Assembly: GCA_963829055.1 (NCBI GenBank)
Contig: CAWHHI010000004.1
Span: 480,001-544,000, forward strand
Length of the DNA: 64,000 nucleotides
Source of the DNA: an uncultured Gemmatimonadaceae bacterium
Lineage (GTDB): Bacteria; Gemmatimonadota; Gemmatimonadetes; Gemmatimonadales; Gemmatimonadaceae
Direction: 5' to 3'
Shown: one piece after another, positions 46,156 through 58,961 of the stretch
How positions within the stretch are numbered: the stretch's first letter is position 1
How the letters are laid out: every line of letters starts with the position of its first letter
Made by a program: the position numbers and the translations under genes
The notes under the pieces: model-generated
Told to the model about the DNA's origin: nothing
The model's input: the letters and a program-made list of their open reading frames with translations, nothing else
The model's database searches: none

Positions 46156-47608
46156 CTAACGACTCTCGGTGAGCTTCCGCACCGCGCGCTGCCGCAGTCC
46201 CTCATCCGGATCATCCGTCAGCGATTGCGCGCAGCTTGTCCCGTGCCGTTCGATCACCACGCTCGGCGAGCACACTCACGAGCCGTTCGCGCACGCCTCG
46301 ATCCGGGATCGCGTCGTACAGCGCTACCAGCTCCGGGGTTGGTGCACCCGCTTCGGCGAGCGAGCGAACTGCGCGATCGCGAAGCGACGAGCTCTCTGTC
46401 GAGTCGCGAGCGATTCCGGCGAGCCACCTCATCGCGTCGGTTCCACCCGCCTCGGCGACCGAGCGCAGAACACGCTCACGCAACGCGTCGTCGTTCAGCG
46501 AGCCATACGCGGATCGCAGGTAGGTGATGTCGCCCTGCTCGGCCAGCGACCTGATCGCGCGCTCCCGAACGTCGACGGGCTCAGTGCTCTTGCCGACGAG
46601 GTCGCGGAGCCACCGCCGGCTCTCCGCATCACCGATATCCGCCATCGCTCGGATCACGCGCTCCTTGAGCGACGGTTCCTCGAGCTTGTCATACAACTCG
46701 CGCAGCGCGCGACTGTTGCTGTCCTCGCCGAGCTCGCGTACGGCCCGCTCGCGAATGGACGTTCGCTCGGCCCGGTCGAGCGCGATGCCGCGAATCCAGT
46801 CCATGTCGTCCTTCGTTCCGCTCTCCGCCACCACGCGCACGATGCGCTCGCGTAGCGCCGGTTCGTCGAGACGCCGGTAGAGTGTTCTCAGATAGGCCGG
46901 ACCGTCGGGCTCTTCGCCGATGACCCGTACGGCACGCTCGCGGACATCGGCCTGATCGTCGCGGTCCTCTACGATCGTGCGAGCCACGCGCGCCGCGGCG
47001 CGGTCGCCCTCGCGTACGCCGACACGCCCTGCCCACTTGAGCGCGCCCTCTCGCACCGACGAGCGGAGCGCCTTGTTCTGGGCCATAGCCGCCAGGGTGC
47101 CCGCGATCCGGACGCTGTCAGCGAGGCTCGCCGCGAGAATGGCATTGCTGGCCGAGTGGTCGTCGCCGCGCCCCGCGAGGTCGAGCAGGTAGCGGGACAC
47201 GTCCGCAACCGGTACTGTGCCCAGCTCGGTTCCGGCCCGTTCCGTCGCGGAGCTCGGCGGGCCGACGAACGGCTGTACGTCCACCACGCGGTGATCGCGC
47301 ACGACGAGCAACAGACGAACAGGTCCACGTGCGCAACGCGAGGCGATGTCCGTGTTCGCTCCCGACACCGACATACCGCCCGCGAACCACACATCGTAGC
47401 CGGGCCCGCCCGACGTGCCGTCGGCAATGAACGTTCGCCCATCACCGCATATCCCGTCGCGCGACGCGTAGCTCATCTTCACCAGCCCGTCCGGGGCGCT
47501 CGTAATGCGACGGCCGAGGTCTCCACCCTGATGCCGGCGGGACACCGGAGGTGCGAGGAACACCGCGGCGAGGGTCGCGGCAGGGATGACCAAGCCAGTG
47601 CGAATCAT
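46156..47608 (-). CDS. Exported HEAT-repeat protein
   Basis: Signal peptide, N-terminal domain with two Cys, repeated xxRERAxRxLxE units. Confidence 0.8.
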
Positions 47609-47805
47609 GATGACCTCGGAAGAAACGAACGGGATGCGCGAGACCTGGGTGACGCTCACGGGGACGTACGGCGTGGCTCCCGACTCCCGTGCGACAACGC
47701 GAGCCGTGGAACCGTTGGCAACGACGTGACGGAGCACACCGCGGCGCAGTCAATCAGCACTTCCTGGCAACGCCGGGAGCCGTCCCCGTTCGCGACCCTG
47801 CCGGC

Positions 47806-49975
47806 ATGAGTGAACTTCCAGCTCTGATCCAAGCCCTTCGCTCGGCGGTCACTTCGTCGATCGCCCAGGTGGCCCAGCCGGATACCGCGGCGACCCCTTG
47901 GGCCGTTCACATCGCGTCCGTCGCGGTGATCGTAGCGGTCGTCACCTATCTGTGGACCGTTCGGCTGCGGCGGGTGGTCCGTGAGCGGACGGCCGAGCTC
48001 GAGTCGAAGCACGAAGAGATGGAGCGTGAATCGGCAGACCGACGACACGCGCTCGAGGCGCTTCAGGTCGCGGACAAGCGGCTGCACATGGCCATGGAGG
48101 CTGCGGAGCTCCGGACATGGCACTGGGATGTGGCGTTGGACCGATTCGAGGTGATGGGCGAACGGACATCCGAGCTCGGTCCTCCACTCCCCGACCCGGG
48201 CGTCGGTCTCGAGCGATTTCTGAAGTCGCTCCACCCAGAGGATGTTGGCGCGGTGCGCGCGGCGATCCGCCGGACGATGGAGACCGGCGACCTGCTCGGC
48301 ACTGACTTTCGCGTGCTCTTGCCTGACGGGACGATCCGCTGGAAGGTCGGCCGAGGATGCGTGGTACGCGACGCGAAGAACGGAATCACGTCGCTCGTCG
48401 GGGTCGTGCTCGATGTGACCGATCGGGTCCGTCGTGACGAAGAGCTCCGCCTCAGCGAGGAGCGTTACCGCGAGCTGTTCGAGAACGCGAACGACATCAT
48501 CTACACGCACGACCTTGCCGGCACCTTCACGGGGATCAACAAGGCGGCCGAGCGCGTGCTCGGTTACTCCCAGGATGACGTGCCGCGCATCACCGTACAG
48601 GACGTCGTCGTTCCCGAGCAACTCGAGCTCGCGCAAGGCATGGTCGCCAGGAAGGTTGCTGGCGACGTGTCGCGGACCGAGTACGAGCTGGATGTGCTCG
48701 CGAGGAGCGGCCGGCGTGTGACGCTCGAGGTCAACACGCGCCTCGTGAAGCGCGACGGGGTGATCGTCGCCGTTCAGGGCATCGCGCGCGATGTCACCGA
48801 GCGAAAGCGACTCGAGTGGCAGCTCGGGCAGTCGCAGAAAATGGAGGCGGTCGGCCAGCTCGCCGGCGGGATCGCGCACGACTTCAACAACCTGCTCACC
48901 GCGATCCTCGGCAACGCGCAGCTCGCGCAGTTCGACAAGGCGCTCAGTCGAGATCTTCAGGAGTGTCTGTCGGAGATCGCCAGCGCATCGCAGCGCGCAG
49001 CCGCGCTGACGCGGCAGCTGCTGGTGTTCAGCCGACAGGAGCAGATCGATCGTCGTCCGGTGAGCTTGCCGGCCACGCTCGGCGACTTCATGAAGATGCT
49101 GCGTCGCATCATCGGCGAACACATCGACGTTAGGCTCACGGTCGCGCCTGACGTGCCCGCGGTACTCGCGGATCCGGCGCAGATCGAGCAGGTGGCGCTC
49201 AACCTCGCCGTCAACGCGCGGGACGCGATGCCGGCCGGCGGGCGACTCGATGATCGAGATCGATCAGGTCGTCCTGGCCGAGCCGCACGGACCGGCGGCG
49301 TCGGCGGTGCCAGCCGGTCGATACGCCCGCGTGCGATTCACGGACACCGGCCGCGGCATCCAGTCCGATGTGCGGCAACGGATCTTCGAGCCGTTCTTCA
49401 CCACGAAGCCGGTGGGCGAGGGGACGGGCCTCGGACTGGCGGTGGTGTACGGAATCGTTAGGCAGCACGATGGCTTCATCGAGGTCGCCAGTGCGCCGGG
49501 CGAAGGCACGCGATTCACCGTGTATCTTCCGGCCGTGAACGCGGCGATCCCGGCGGCGCCCGATGTCCAGCACGTGGGAGTCTCGGGAGGACGCGAAACG
49601 ATCCTGATCGCCGAGGACGAGCTCGCGCTGCGACGCCTCACGGAGCGTCTACTCACGGGGCTTGGCTACACGGTGCTCTCGGCCGAGAATGGCGAGGAAG
49701 CCATCGAGTTGTTCGCGAGTCGGCGCGACGAGATCGACCTGCTGCTCCTCGACATTGTCATGCCGAGGAAGGGTGGCCGCGCCGTGTATGAGGCCGTGCG
49801 CGCCGCCGGGAGCGATGTGCCGGTCGTGTTCATGACCGGCTACAGCGCGGAGGTGGCGCCGCACGCGCTCGGCTCGGAGACCGGGTGCAGGGTGTTCTAC
49901 AAACCGTACGATCTCGACGCGCTCGCGGCAGTGATTCGCGAGGTGATCGAAGGTGCTGGGGCCAGCCGCGTCTAG
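47806..49975 (+). CDS. PAS-PAS hybrid sensor histidine kinase/receiver (CckA-like)
   Basis: [50 protein letters not shown], receiver IAEDE..LLDIVMP..MTGY..KP. Confidence 0.92.
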
Positions 49976-51097
49976 AAGAAGTTCCCGACCCAGCCGCCCA
50001 CGAAGTACCCGACCACGGCGACGCCGAGGCCGACGACGAACATGTCGAGCCCGGAACGGAACAGCCCTCGTCCGGTGAACACCGAGCGCGCGCCGCCGAC
50101 CATGAAGTGCGATGCCATCGACAGCACGAAGGACAACACGATCGCCGGCGTCCCCGAAAGCAGGAAGAACGGAAACACGGGGATCACCGCGCCAAACGCT
50201 GTCGCGAGCCCCGTGACCCACGCTTCCCGCAGCGGCGACATGTGTGGATCCGAGATGCCCAGCTCCTCCTGTACCTGCTCGTCCAACATGCGCTGCGGGT
50301 CCGCCATCACCTGAGTGGCGAGCGCCATCGCCGACTCCGCTTCCATGCCCTTCGACTTCGTAGATCAGCGCGAGCTCATCGCGCTCCACCTCGGGCATGA
50401 GCGCGATCTCGTCTCTCTCCATGGCGATCTCGTGCGCATACACCTCCTGCTCACTCTTCGCGGCGAGGTATCCGCTCGAGCCCATGGATAGCGCGTCGGC
50501 AATGAGCCCAGCGACTCCCGCGACGACGACCGCCTGGTGCTGCGACGCTACCGTCGCGCCGATGACACCGGCCACCAGCCCGAAGTTCGCTGTCAGGCCG
50601 TCGTTGAATCCGTACACGACGTTCCGCAGAAATCCGCCGGACGACGTGCGGTGCCACGGCTCCGCGCTCTTCCCGCTGATTCCCGCGAGCTCGCTCGCGT
50701 GCTCGGCCGACTCGCGCGCGAGCAGCAGAGCCTCGCCCCCGCCGGGCGCGCCACTCGGCGTCTGCCGATGCAGGTCGAGGTAGCCCTTCACCTCGCGCCC
50801 TTCTTCGCGCAACAGATGCGGGAGGAGAAAGCCCGGGCCGAAGCGACGTCCGAGCCACGCCAGGAGGCGCGCACGCGCGGTCGGGCGGAACGGCGGTGGA
50901 GCGTGGCCGAGGTCCTTCAGGAGCCCCGCCCAGATCTCGACGTGGCGATCCTCGACCGCGGCGAGGCGCGTGTAGACATCCCGCTTCTTCAAATCCGGCT
51001 CGACGCCCGCCAGCGCGCGGTACAGAAATGCGGCGTCGGCCTCGTCCTGCCAGTGATGCTCGAACGTGTGAACGTCCGGCGTCGTAGCTGTCGTCAT
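49972..51097 (-). CDS. VIT1/CCC1 iron/manganese transporter with N-terminal rubrerythrin-like domain
   Basis: DEADAAFLY..EDRH (ExxH), ESAEH, LRNVVYGFNDGL, ADALSMGSSGYLA. Confidence 0.85.
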
Positions 51098-51248
51098 GGC
51101 TGAAAATATGACCGGCTCCCGGCACGTCGGGGAGCCGCGTACCGCCGCGTTCATGCGGCCCCGAGCGCGGAAATAAAATCCGGCGGAAACCGTCGGCCTG
51201 CCGCCGCGTGTCAGACCGCATAGAAGGCACACTACTTCACGAGGTTCT

Positions 51249-52866
51249 ATGCGACGGTCACTCTACTTCGCCGGTGCGCTTGCGCTGTCAGCCGGCGTGC
51301 TCCAGGGACAGGCGTCCGCCGGATCGCGCTCGCGCAGCGACGACGGCTCGGTTCGCGTGTACTCGTACGACAACGGTCGTTATGACGACCGCGACCGCGC
51401 CGCCATCGGCATCTCGACGAGCTCCGGCGGCATGCGCGACACACTCGGCTTGCTCGTACAGAGCGTCACGGCCGGCGGGCCGGCGGACAAGGCAGGCATC
51501 GAGGAAGGCAACCGCATCGTCTCCATCAAGGGCGTGAGCCTCAAGCTCTCGCGCCGCCGATGCGGGCGAGGGCGACATGGATGGCATTGCGCAACGACGC
51601 CTCATCCGCGAGCTCGAGAAGATCAAGGCCGGTGATGAAGTCGAGCTGCGCGTCTGGGCCGGCGGGCAGACGAAGACCGTCAAGGTCAAGACGGTCGCCG
51701 TCGAGGATCTGCCGAGCCGCACGCGCTCGGTGCGCCGCGAGCTCGATGAGCGCCCAGCGATCGGCATGAGTCTGAGCGCGACGGGCAGTCGCCGCGACAC
51801 GCTCGGCATGCTCGTCGTCCGTGTCACAACGGACGGCCCGGCGGAAAAAGCCGGCATCGTCGAAGGCGATCGCGTGTCCGCGATCAACGGCGTGAGTCTA
51901 CGCGTCGCGTCGGAAGACGCCGGCGATGGCTACATGAGCAGCGCGCGGATGAATCGCTATCGTCGGGAGCTCGGCAAGGTCACGCTCGGCGAAGATGTGG
52001 AGTTGCGCGTGCTATCCGGCGGTCAGACGAAGACGATCCGGGTGAAGCCGGTGCGCGCCGCCGATCTGCCGCGCGATCGCGGTGGCGTCATGATCATCGG
52101 TGACGGCGGCGTCGGCTTCGGCGACGTGTTGCCCGGGCTTCCGTCGATCTCGATTCCTTCGGTCGCACCGCTGCCAGGGGGCCGCAATCGCATCATCGAG
52201 ATGGACGGCAACCTGTACGATGGGATCCGGATGCGTGTCGATCCGCGTGCTCGCATCGAGATCGAGAACCAGGCGGAAAACGCGGCGCAGCATGCGCGTG
52301 ATATGACGCGCGAGCTGATGCAGCGGCTGGAGCGCCTCAATGTGGATGTGGATCGCCGCGCGTATGACGACGACGCCGCGCCGACAACTGCGCCGGCGCC
52401 GAAGCCTGCACCGGCACGCGCAGGATCTCGTATCGCGTCCGCCGAGGGGCAGGGTGGCGGTTACGGCTACGGGTACGCGACTCCGAGCGTCGCAGCCGCG
52501 CCTGAAGCGCGTGTCGTCGGATCGTCCGGCGACGCCGTGTGGGCGGTTCCGGCTGTGAACACCGGCAGCAGCGTTGCTGTGTGGGATGGTGAGGATCCGA
52601 CGTTCTCGCTGAACGGCCTTCGTCTCGCGCGTGTGAACAACGATCTCGCGGAGAACCTTGGCCAAGGGAGCGAGCGTGGGTTCCTCATTCTCGATGCGAA
52701 CGAGCGGTGGACCGGCCTTCGCGCCGGTGACGTGCTCCTGTCGGTCGATGGGCACGCCGTGCGCGATGGGAATGCCGCGCGCATCTCGATCAATAGTGCT
52801 GATGAACACACCGCTCAGGTGATTCGCGACGGACAGAAGCGCACCGTCTCGATCGACGTGCAGTAG
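51249..52866 (+). CDS. Secreted multi-PDZ-domain protein
   Basis: Signal peptide; two near-duplicate PDZ domains (RDTLG..V..GPA.KAGI.EG.R); third PDZ GLRAGDVLLSVDG. Confidence 0.8.
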
Positions 52867-52899
52867 AACAACGGCGTCAGTCACGTTGCGCATGAAACG

Positions 52900-52933
52900 A
52901 GCGGGGCGAGCCAGTCGGCTCGCCCCGCTTTGT
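52900..52933 (+). terminator. Intrinsic terminator
   Basis: 13-bp stem AGCGGGGCGAGCC/GGCTCGCCCCGCT followed by TTGT. Confidence 0.65.
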
Positions 52934-53074
52934 ATCGCGTGGCGTGGGTCGCCTCGACTCCGTACGCGCTACGTCACCGTACGTATGGGGTCTCGCTCCA
53001 TCGAGTCGCACCTTACTGCCGTGATCGCACACCACCACCGGCGTGCGGCCTGGGATCTTCTCGGCGAGGACTCG

Positions 53075-54149
53075 ATGCGGTATAGCGCCAGTGGCACGTT
53101 CATCACGTTGCTCGTTGCATTGATGGCGACGCGCGTTTCCGTCCTGGCAGCACAGGCGACGTCGATCCGTGTTCTGCCGGTCATCGGGTCGGCGCCGGAA
53201 ACCGGGTTCGTCGGCGGCGCGACCGCGCTCCGTGTCTCGAGCTCCGCGACCGATACGAGCACGCGCCCTTCGACGGATCAGTTCTATGCCGCGTATACCG
53301 CGAAGCAGCAGTTCCGCGCCTTCGTGTCCACTGACCGTTGGTCCGCCGGAAATCGCTGGGGCATGAACTCACAGCTCGAGTATCAGCGCTTTCCGCAGCC
53401 GTTCTACGGCATCGGCATCGACGCGCCGGAGAGCGCGGAGGAGTGGTACGAGGCGCGCTCGGTCATCGCGAACGTCATGGGACGACGCAAGCTGGCGCGC
53501 GCGCTGTACGCGCAGCTCGGGTATCGGTTCTCGACCACCACGCATTCGCGATGCGGACGAAGGAGGCATGATCGATAGCGGCGAACTGCTCGGCGCCAGC
53601 GGCGGAGTCGTGTCGCAACTGGTCGGCGGCGGAGCCTGGGATTCTCGCGACAACATCTTCGCACCGACCAAGGGTTCGTTTGCGCAGGCCACGGTCGCAT
53701 ACAGCGATCCGGCGCTCGGTGCCGACTACCGCTTCGCGCGCTACACCGCTGACGCGCGTCGCTACCGCCGCATCGGCCGCGGTGTGCTCGCGGGGCAGGC
53801 GTACCTCGAGGCAACGTCGGGAGACGCGCCGTTCGATCAGCTGTCGCTCCTGGGTAGCGGGATGATCATGCGCGGCTACGTGCGCGGTCGATACCGCGAT
53901 CAGGATCTGGCGGCCGCTCAACTGGAGTTTCGCATGCCGGTCGTGGGGCGATTCGGGGCCGCGGCGTTTGCCGGCGCGGGAACGGTCGCGCCGAACCTAT
54001 CCTCGCTCACGTCGACCACCGTGTTGCCATCGTACGGCGCCGGCGTGCGGTGGCTGCTTCTGCCGAAGCAAGGCACGACGGTTCGTGTGGACTACGGCAT
54101 GGGGAAGAACGCCTCGGGCCTCTACATCGCGTTCAACGAGGCATTCTGA
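53075..54149 (+). CDS. Omp85/BamA-TamA family beta-barrel protein without POTRA domains
   Basis: LPVIGSAPETG, WDSRDN..PTKG, MRGY..GRYRD, YGAGVRW, VRVDYG, terminal NEAF. Confidence 0.8.
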
Positions 54150-54152
54150 TCG

Positions 54153-54279
54153 TTGTCGTCCCGAGCGCCAGCGAGGGATCTTCTCGCCGAAGTACTCGTA
54201 GCCAGTCATCGGCCACGATCACCTTCGAGAAGATCCCTCGCTGCCGCTCGGGATGACAATGCTGGCGCTCGGGATGACA
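54153..54279. repeat. Family A palindromic element with duplicated right arm
   Basis: TGTCGTCCCGAGCGCCAGCGAGGGATCTTCTCG..CGAGAAGATCCCTCGCTGCCGCTCGGGATGACA..GCTCGGGATGACA. Confidence 0.8.
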
Positions 54280-54364
54280 GACCATCGTTAGGCACGCCGC
54301 AGGTCTTTCGCCGCACGGCGAATAACGCGACTTTCTCAGCTCCTCGACCGCTGAGATCTCCTGC

Positions 54365-55409
54365 ATGCTCGGGTTTCGTCGCGCCGCATTCGTCGTTGCC
54401 AGCGTGGTGTTGGTCCACACCGCGCACGGCCAGGGAAGCGAGCGCCTCTTCTACTACGTCGATCGCGAGGACAGCTACCGGTCACTCGTTGCGCACATCG
54501 ATCAGATCACCGTGCTCGGCCCGCAGGTCTACACGGTCGACAGCCTCGGACTCGTGTACGGATCGCTCGATCGCCGAGTGATCGAGCTGGCCAAGGCGCG
54601 CGGGGTGAAGGTCATGCCGCTCGTCGTGAACGAGGGGTTCAATCAGCCGGCGCTCCGTCGGCTTCTCGCCGACACCGCCGCCCGCTCACGATCGATCGCC
54701 TCGCTCGTCGAGCTGTGCCGACGAAACGGCTACTGGGGCATCCAGTTCGACGTCGAGAACGTCAACATCCAGGACCGCGACCGCTTCACGGCGTGGTTCA
54801 CGGACGCCGCTCGGGCGCTGCACGCGGGTGGCTTCACGGTCAGCGCCGCGATCGTGCACCAGACCGACGACCTGGCCGGCCCTACCGGCTATCATCGCTT
54901 TCTCGCCGACAGCTGGCGCACCTTCGATATCGCGGCGTTAGGCAGGGCGGCGGACTTCCTAGTCGGTGATGAGCTACGACCAGCACACGCGCCGCACGCC
55001 TCCCGGGCCAGTGGCCGGGATCCCGTGGATGCGCTCGATCGCCGATTACTTCCTGCGCTACGTCCCGGCGGACAAGCTGTCGCTCGGCATTCCGCTCTAC
55101 GGCGACTACTGGTCCGCGCGCTCGGACCCGACGCCGGAGCGCGCGCGCACCAGCGCGAATTCCGTGAGTTGGTTCTGGGGTTCCGGTCTCGCCGAGCGCA
55201 ACGGCGCGACGATCAAGTGGGACGACGTCCAGCAGGTGCCGTACGCATCGATCGAAGTCGGCGGCACGTTCGAGTGGCTCTTTCTCGAGAACGCGCGCAG
55301 CTTCGGCGCGAAGGTCGCGCTCATGAAGGAGAAGAAGCTGCGCGGCTTTTCGGCCTGGGTGCTCGGGCCCGAAGATCCCGCGATATGGGGAGTACTCGGA
55401 AAACGATGA
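54365..55409 (+). CDS. Glycoside hydrolase family 18 (YaaH/SleL-like)
   Basis: Signal peptide, GYWGIQFDVE, MSYDQH..PGPVA, LGIPLYG, LRGFSAWVLG.ED. Confidence 0.85.
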
Positions 55410-55446
55410 CCGCGCGGCTGGTGGCTGATGGCCGATAGCTGCGAAG

Positions 55447-57464
55447 CTAGAATTCGATTTGCGTTCCCAGCTCGACGACCCGATTCGGCGGAATGTCCGA
55501 AGAACTCCGTCGCGCCGCGCGCGTTCTGCGACATGAGCACGAACAGCTTCTTCCGCCAGCGCGCCATGCTGGCGATCTCCGGGTCCTTCGAGCGGCGCGG
55601 CAGGTTCGGGATGCAGACGCTCGCGGCCCGAGGTAGTACGACACGTCCGTCTTCTTCACGTTGATGCCGTGCCGGCCGGCAGCACTGCAGGATCGACGGC
55701 ACGTTCGGCGTCTCCATGAAGCCGTACGACGCCTGCACGCGGAAGAATCCTTGGCCGAGCGGTTCGATCTGGATCCGCTCATGCCGGCGACACCTCGGGC
55801 ACCTCAGCGGTGACTGATCGACAGCAGCATCACCTGGTCGTGCAGCACCTTGTTGTGCTTCAGGTGGTGCAGCAGAACGACCGGCGCGCCGTCCGGCCTC
55901 CGAGGTCATGAAGACCGCCGTGCCCTTCACGCGCACCGGCTTCCGCCGTTCGACGTCGGCGAGGAACATGTCGATCGGCACCGTACCGCGCTGCAGGATC
56001 GCGCGCAGGATCGCTCGGCCACGCTTCCACGTCGTCATGAGCGTGAAGACCGAACACCGCGACCGCGAGCGGTACCCATCCACCCGTGCGGGATCTTGAG
56101 CCAGGTTCGCGAGGAAGAACGCGAGGTCGATCGACAGGAAGAACACGAGGAACGAGCCCGCCTTGAGCTGCGACCAGCCCCACTGGTGCGCGGACGACCA
56201 TGTAGAACAGGATGCTCGTGATCGCCATCGTGCCGCTCACCGCGACGCCGTACGCCGCGCCGAACGCCGTCGCCGACCTGAAGCCGAGGACGAGCAGCAG
56301 CGTGCCGACCGCGAGCGCCTTGTTCACCTCCGGGATGTAGATCTGCCCGGCTTCCTGCTTCGACGTGTGGATGATCCGCATGCGCGGACTGTAGCCGAGC
56401 TGGATCGCCTGCTGCGTGAGCGAGAACGCGCCCGAGATGAGCGCCTGCGACGCGACGACCGCCGCCGACGTCGCGATGACGAGCAGCGGATACACGAACC
56501 AGCTCGGCGCGAGCAGATAGAACGGGTTCGCGATCGCGCTCGGCGTGCGCAGCAGCAGCGCGCCCTGCCCGAAGTAGTTGAGCAGGAGCGCCGGGAGCAC
56601 GAACCAGTACCACACGATGCGGATCGGCTTCGGTCCGAAGTGGCCCATGTCGGCGTAGAGCGCCTCGCCGCCGGTGACGACGAGGACCACGGCGCCGAGC
56701 GCGACGAACGACAGCCGCGGGTGGGCGAGGAAGAACTCGCACCGCGTGCCACGGGTTGAGCGCGAGTGAGAATGTCTGGATTCGCACGCATGATGCCGCG
56801 CACGCCGAGCGCGGCGATGCGTCGCGAACCAGACGAGCATGATCCAGCCGAACAGGCCACCGACGCGCGCCGTGCCGTGACGCTGAAACGCGAAGAGCAG
56901 GGCGACGATGATGAACGCGATCGGAATGACGAAGCGGGTCGAGCGCCGGTGACGCGACCTCGAGACCTTCGACGGCGCCGAGCACGGAGATGGCCGGCGT
57001 GATCACGCCGTCGCCGTAGAGGAATGCGCCGCCGAAAAGTCCGAGCGCGATCAGCAGCCCTCGGCGGCGCGCTTCTCCCGTCGCGGTGCTGCCGCTGAAG
57101 AATGAGCGCGAGCAGCGCGAGCACTCCGCCTTCGCCGCGGTTGTCGGCGCGGAGGATGAACGCGACGTACTTCACGCTCACGATCAGGACGAGCACCCAC
57201 GACGATCAGCGAGAGCAGGCCGTAGACGTTCTCGACGTTCGGCGCCAACCCGTACGCGCGGCTTGAACGCCTCCTTGATCGCATAGAGCGGGCTCGTACC
57301 GATGTCGCCGTAGACGACGCCGAGCGCCGTCAGGGAGAGAACGAGGAGTCGCTTGCCCTGCGGGTTGGCTTCGGCGTGCTGTCGTTGCGGCCCTTCGGCG
57401 CCCTCGGGGACTGCGCCGATGGTTGGCGGTCGCCCGCTGGAAGCGGGGCCGGAGTGGCGGTCAT
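55447..57464 (-). CDS. kup: KUP/HAK/KT potassium transporter
   Basis: [78 protein letters not shown]. Confidence 0.93.
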
Positions 57465-57540
57465 ACAGTAAGGACAGGCACGGACTCGGCCCGTGAGAAT
57501 CAGGGACGCAGTATCGTCGACGTCCGACGCTACTGCAACG

Positions 57541-57573
57541 AAAACGGGTCGCGGAGCGAACTCCGCGACCCGT
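57541..57573 (-). terminator. Intrinsic terminator after padR
   Basis: 13-bp stem ACGGGTCGCGGAG/CTCCGCGACCCGT with an A-run that gives a U-tail on the minus strand. Confidence 0.65.
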
Positions 57574-57628
57574 CGGAAATCTAGCCGTCGTGAGACGCGC
57601 GTAAAGCGACGTAGGCCGTCAGGACGTC

Positions 57629-58276
57629 TCAGGGTGTCTTCGGCTGGCCTCGATCCGCGCTGGCGCGCACGATCTCGTCGATTTCCTTGGCGGCGCGGTC
57701 GAGTGACTCGCGGATCTTGGCGACCGCTTCCTTGTCGCGGAAAATCCGCGGCGCGCCGCGGTACGTCGCCTGGGCGACGTCCTTGATCGCGCGGTTCACG
57801 TCCATCATGCCGTCGCTGAGGAACGTCGCCCGAGCTCCGACATCCGCTCGAAGATGTCGTCGACGGCCGACTTGTTCTGAGCGAGGTAGGCGCGACCTTC
57901 GTCGGTGATCGAGTAGATCTTCTTGCCGCCTTCCTCGACGTTGACGCGGGCGTAGCCCATGTCCTCGAGCAGCGTCAGCGTCGGGTAGACGGTCCCCGCG
58001 CTCGGCGAGTACATGCCGCCGAAGCGCTCCTCGAGAGCCTTGATGATCTCGTACCCGTGCCGTGGCTTCTCCTCGAGCAGCTGGAGGATGACGTACTTGA
58101 GGTCGCCCTGCTCGAACATGCGACCACCACGGAATGGCCCGCCACGCCCGCGGCGTCCGCCGCCGAACCATCCCAATCGGGGTCGAAGCTCCAGCCGCGG
58201 CTGCCACCCCGGATCCGGGGCTACAGCCCATCCAGATGCTCCGTTCCACATACCGAGACTCCGGTGTACGATACAT
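57629..58276 (-). CDS. PadR-family regulator, YqjI-like with Gly/Arg-rich N-terminus
   Basis: GRMFEQGDLKYVILQLLEEKPRHGYEIIK..YSPSAGTVYPTL..KKIYSITDEG. Confidence 0.88.
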   Translation of the reverse strand: MYRTPESRYVERSIWMGCSPGSGVAAAAGASTPIGMVRRRTPRAWRAIPWWSHVRAGRPQVRHPPAARGEATARVRDHQGSRGALRRHVLAERGDRLPDADAARGHGLRPRQRRGRRQEDLLDHRRRSRLPRSEQVGRRRHLRADVGARATFLSDGMMDVNRAIKDVAQATYRGAPRIFRDKEAVAKIRESLDRAAKEIDEIVRASADRGQPKTP

Positions 58277-58305
58277 CGAAGATATATCGTCAGTGACGAT
58301 ATATC
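58270..58305. promoter_or_regulatory. Palindromic operator candidate upstream of the YqjI-like padR
   Basis: GATATATCGTCA-G-TGACGATATATC, a perfect 12-bp IR (58281-58305), plus CGATACATCG over the start codon. Confidence 0.7.
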
Positions 58306-58732
58306 GCAAGAGTATCGCTTCGTCGGCAGACTGCATCTCGTTCGGGACGGCCATACGGTAAGGATCGGCTCGTGCAAGCTGCGTCTGCACCGTGCGACGA
58401 GTCGATCCGTCGATCCTCAGCATCCGTTCACCCGTTCGTCTGAGCGGCCTGAGCCCGTCACGTTCGGGTCGCCTCGCTTGGGCGCGTCAACGTTAGGCAA
58501 CGGCCGGTCGTGCCCGCGTAAGGCGTGCTCGCCGCTTCCGGCAATGTTGCGATACCAACTAGCAAGTCGATAGCAACGGGCTGATCCATTCGCGCCGAGA
58601 TCTATCGCATCGAGCTTCGCTGTACCTGGCTCGGCCATTCGTGACGGGCACAACGTTTGCCAAACACGTACCCACCTCGGCGGGAACGGGGCATAGCGAA
58701 GCGCGATGCACTACGCATCATCAGGAGGCAGC

Positions 58733-58934
58733 ATGTCGGACGATCTCCGCTCGAAAGGCGTAAAGAACGAGGTCACGGGCGCGGCGAAGGAAGCGGAAGG
58801 CAAGATCCGCGACGCAGCCGCCGACATCACCGGCGACGACAGCGAGAACCTCAAGGCCAAGAGCGAAGACAATGGAAGGCAAGATCCAGAAGAACTTCGG
58901 CAAGGCTCAGCAGGACGCGGACGACTCCGTCTAA
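58733..58934 (+). CDS. CsbD-family stress protein
   Basis: AGGAGG RBS; KGVKNEVTGAAKEAEGKIRDAAADITGDD..EGKIQKNFGKAQ; one indel. Confidence 0.8.
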
Positions 58935-58961
58935 CGGCGGAAAAGCAGTACGAGGGAAGCG

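Noticed and set aside
47656..49122. Long antisense ORFs (488 aa here; also 52012-52893, 62390-63289 and many Arg-rich ORFs)
   Set aside because: These are shadow frames of real genes in high-GC DNA and contain no recognisable motifs.
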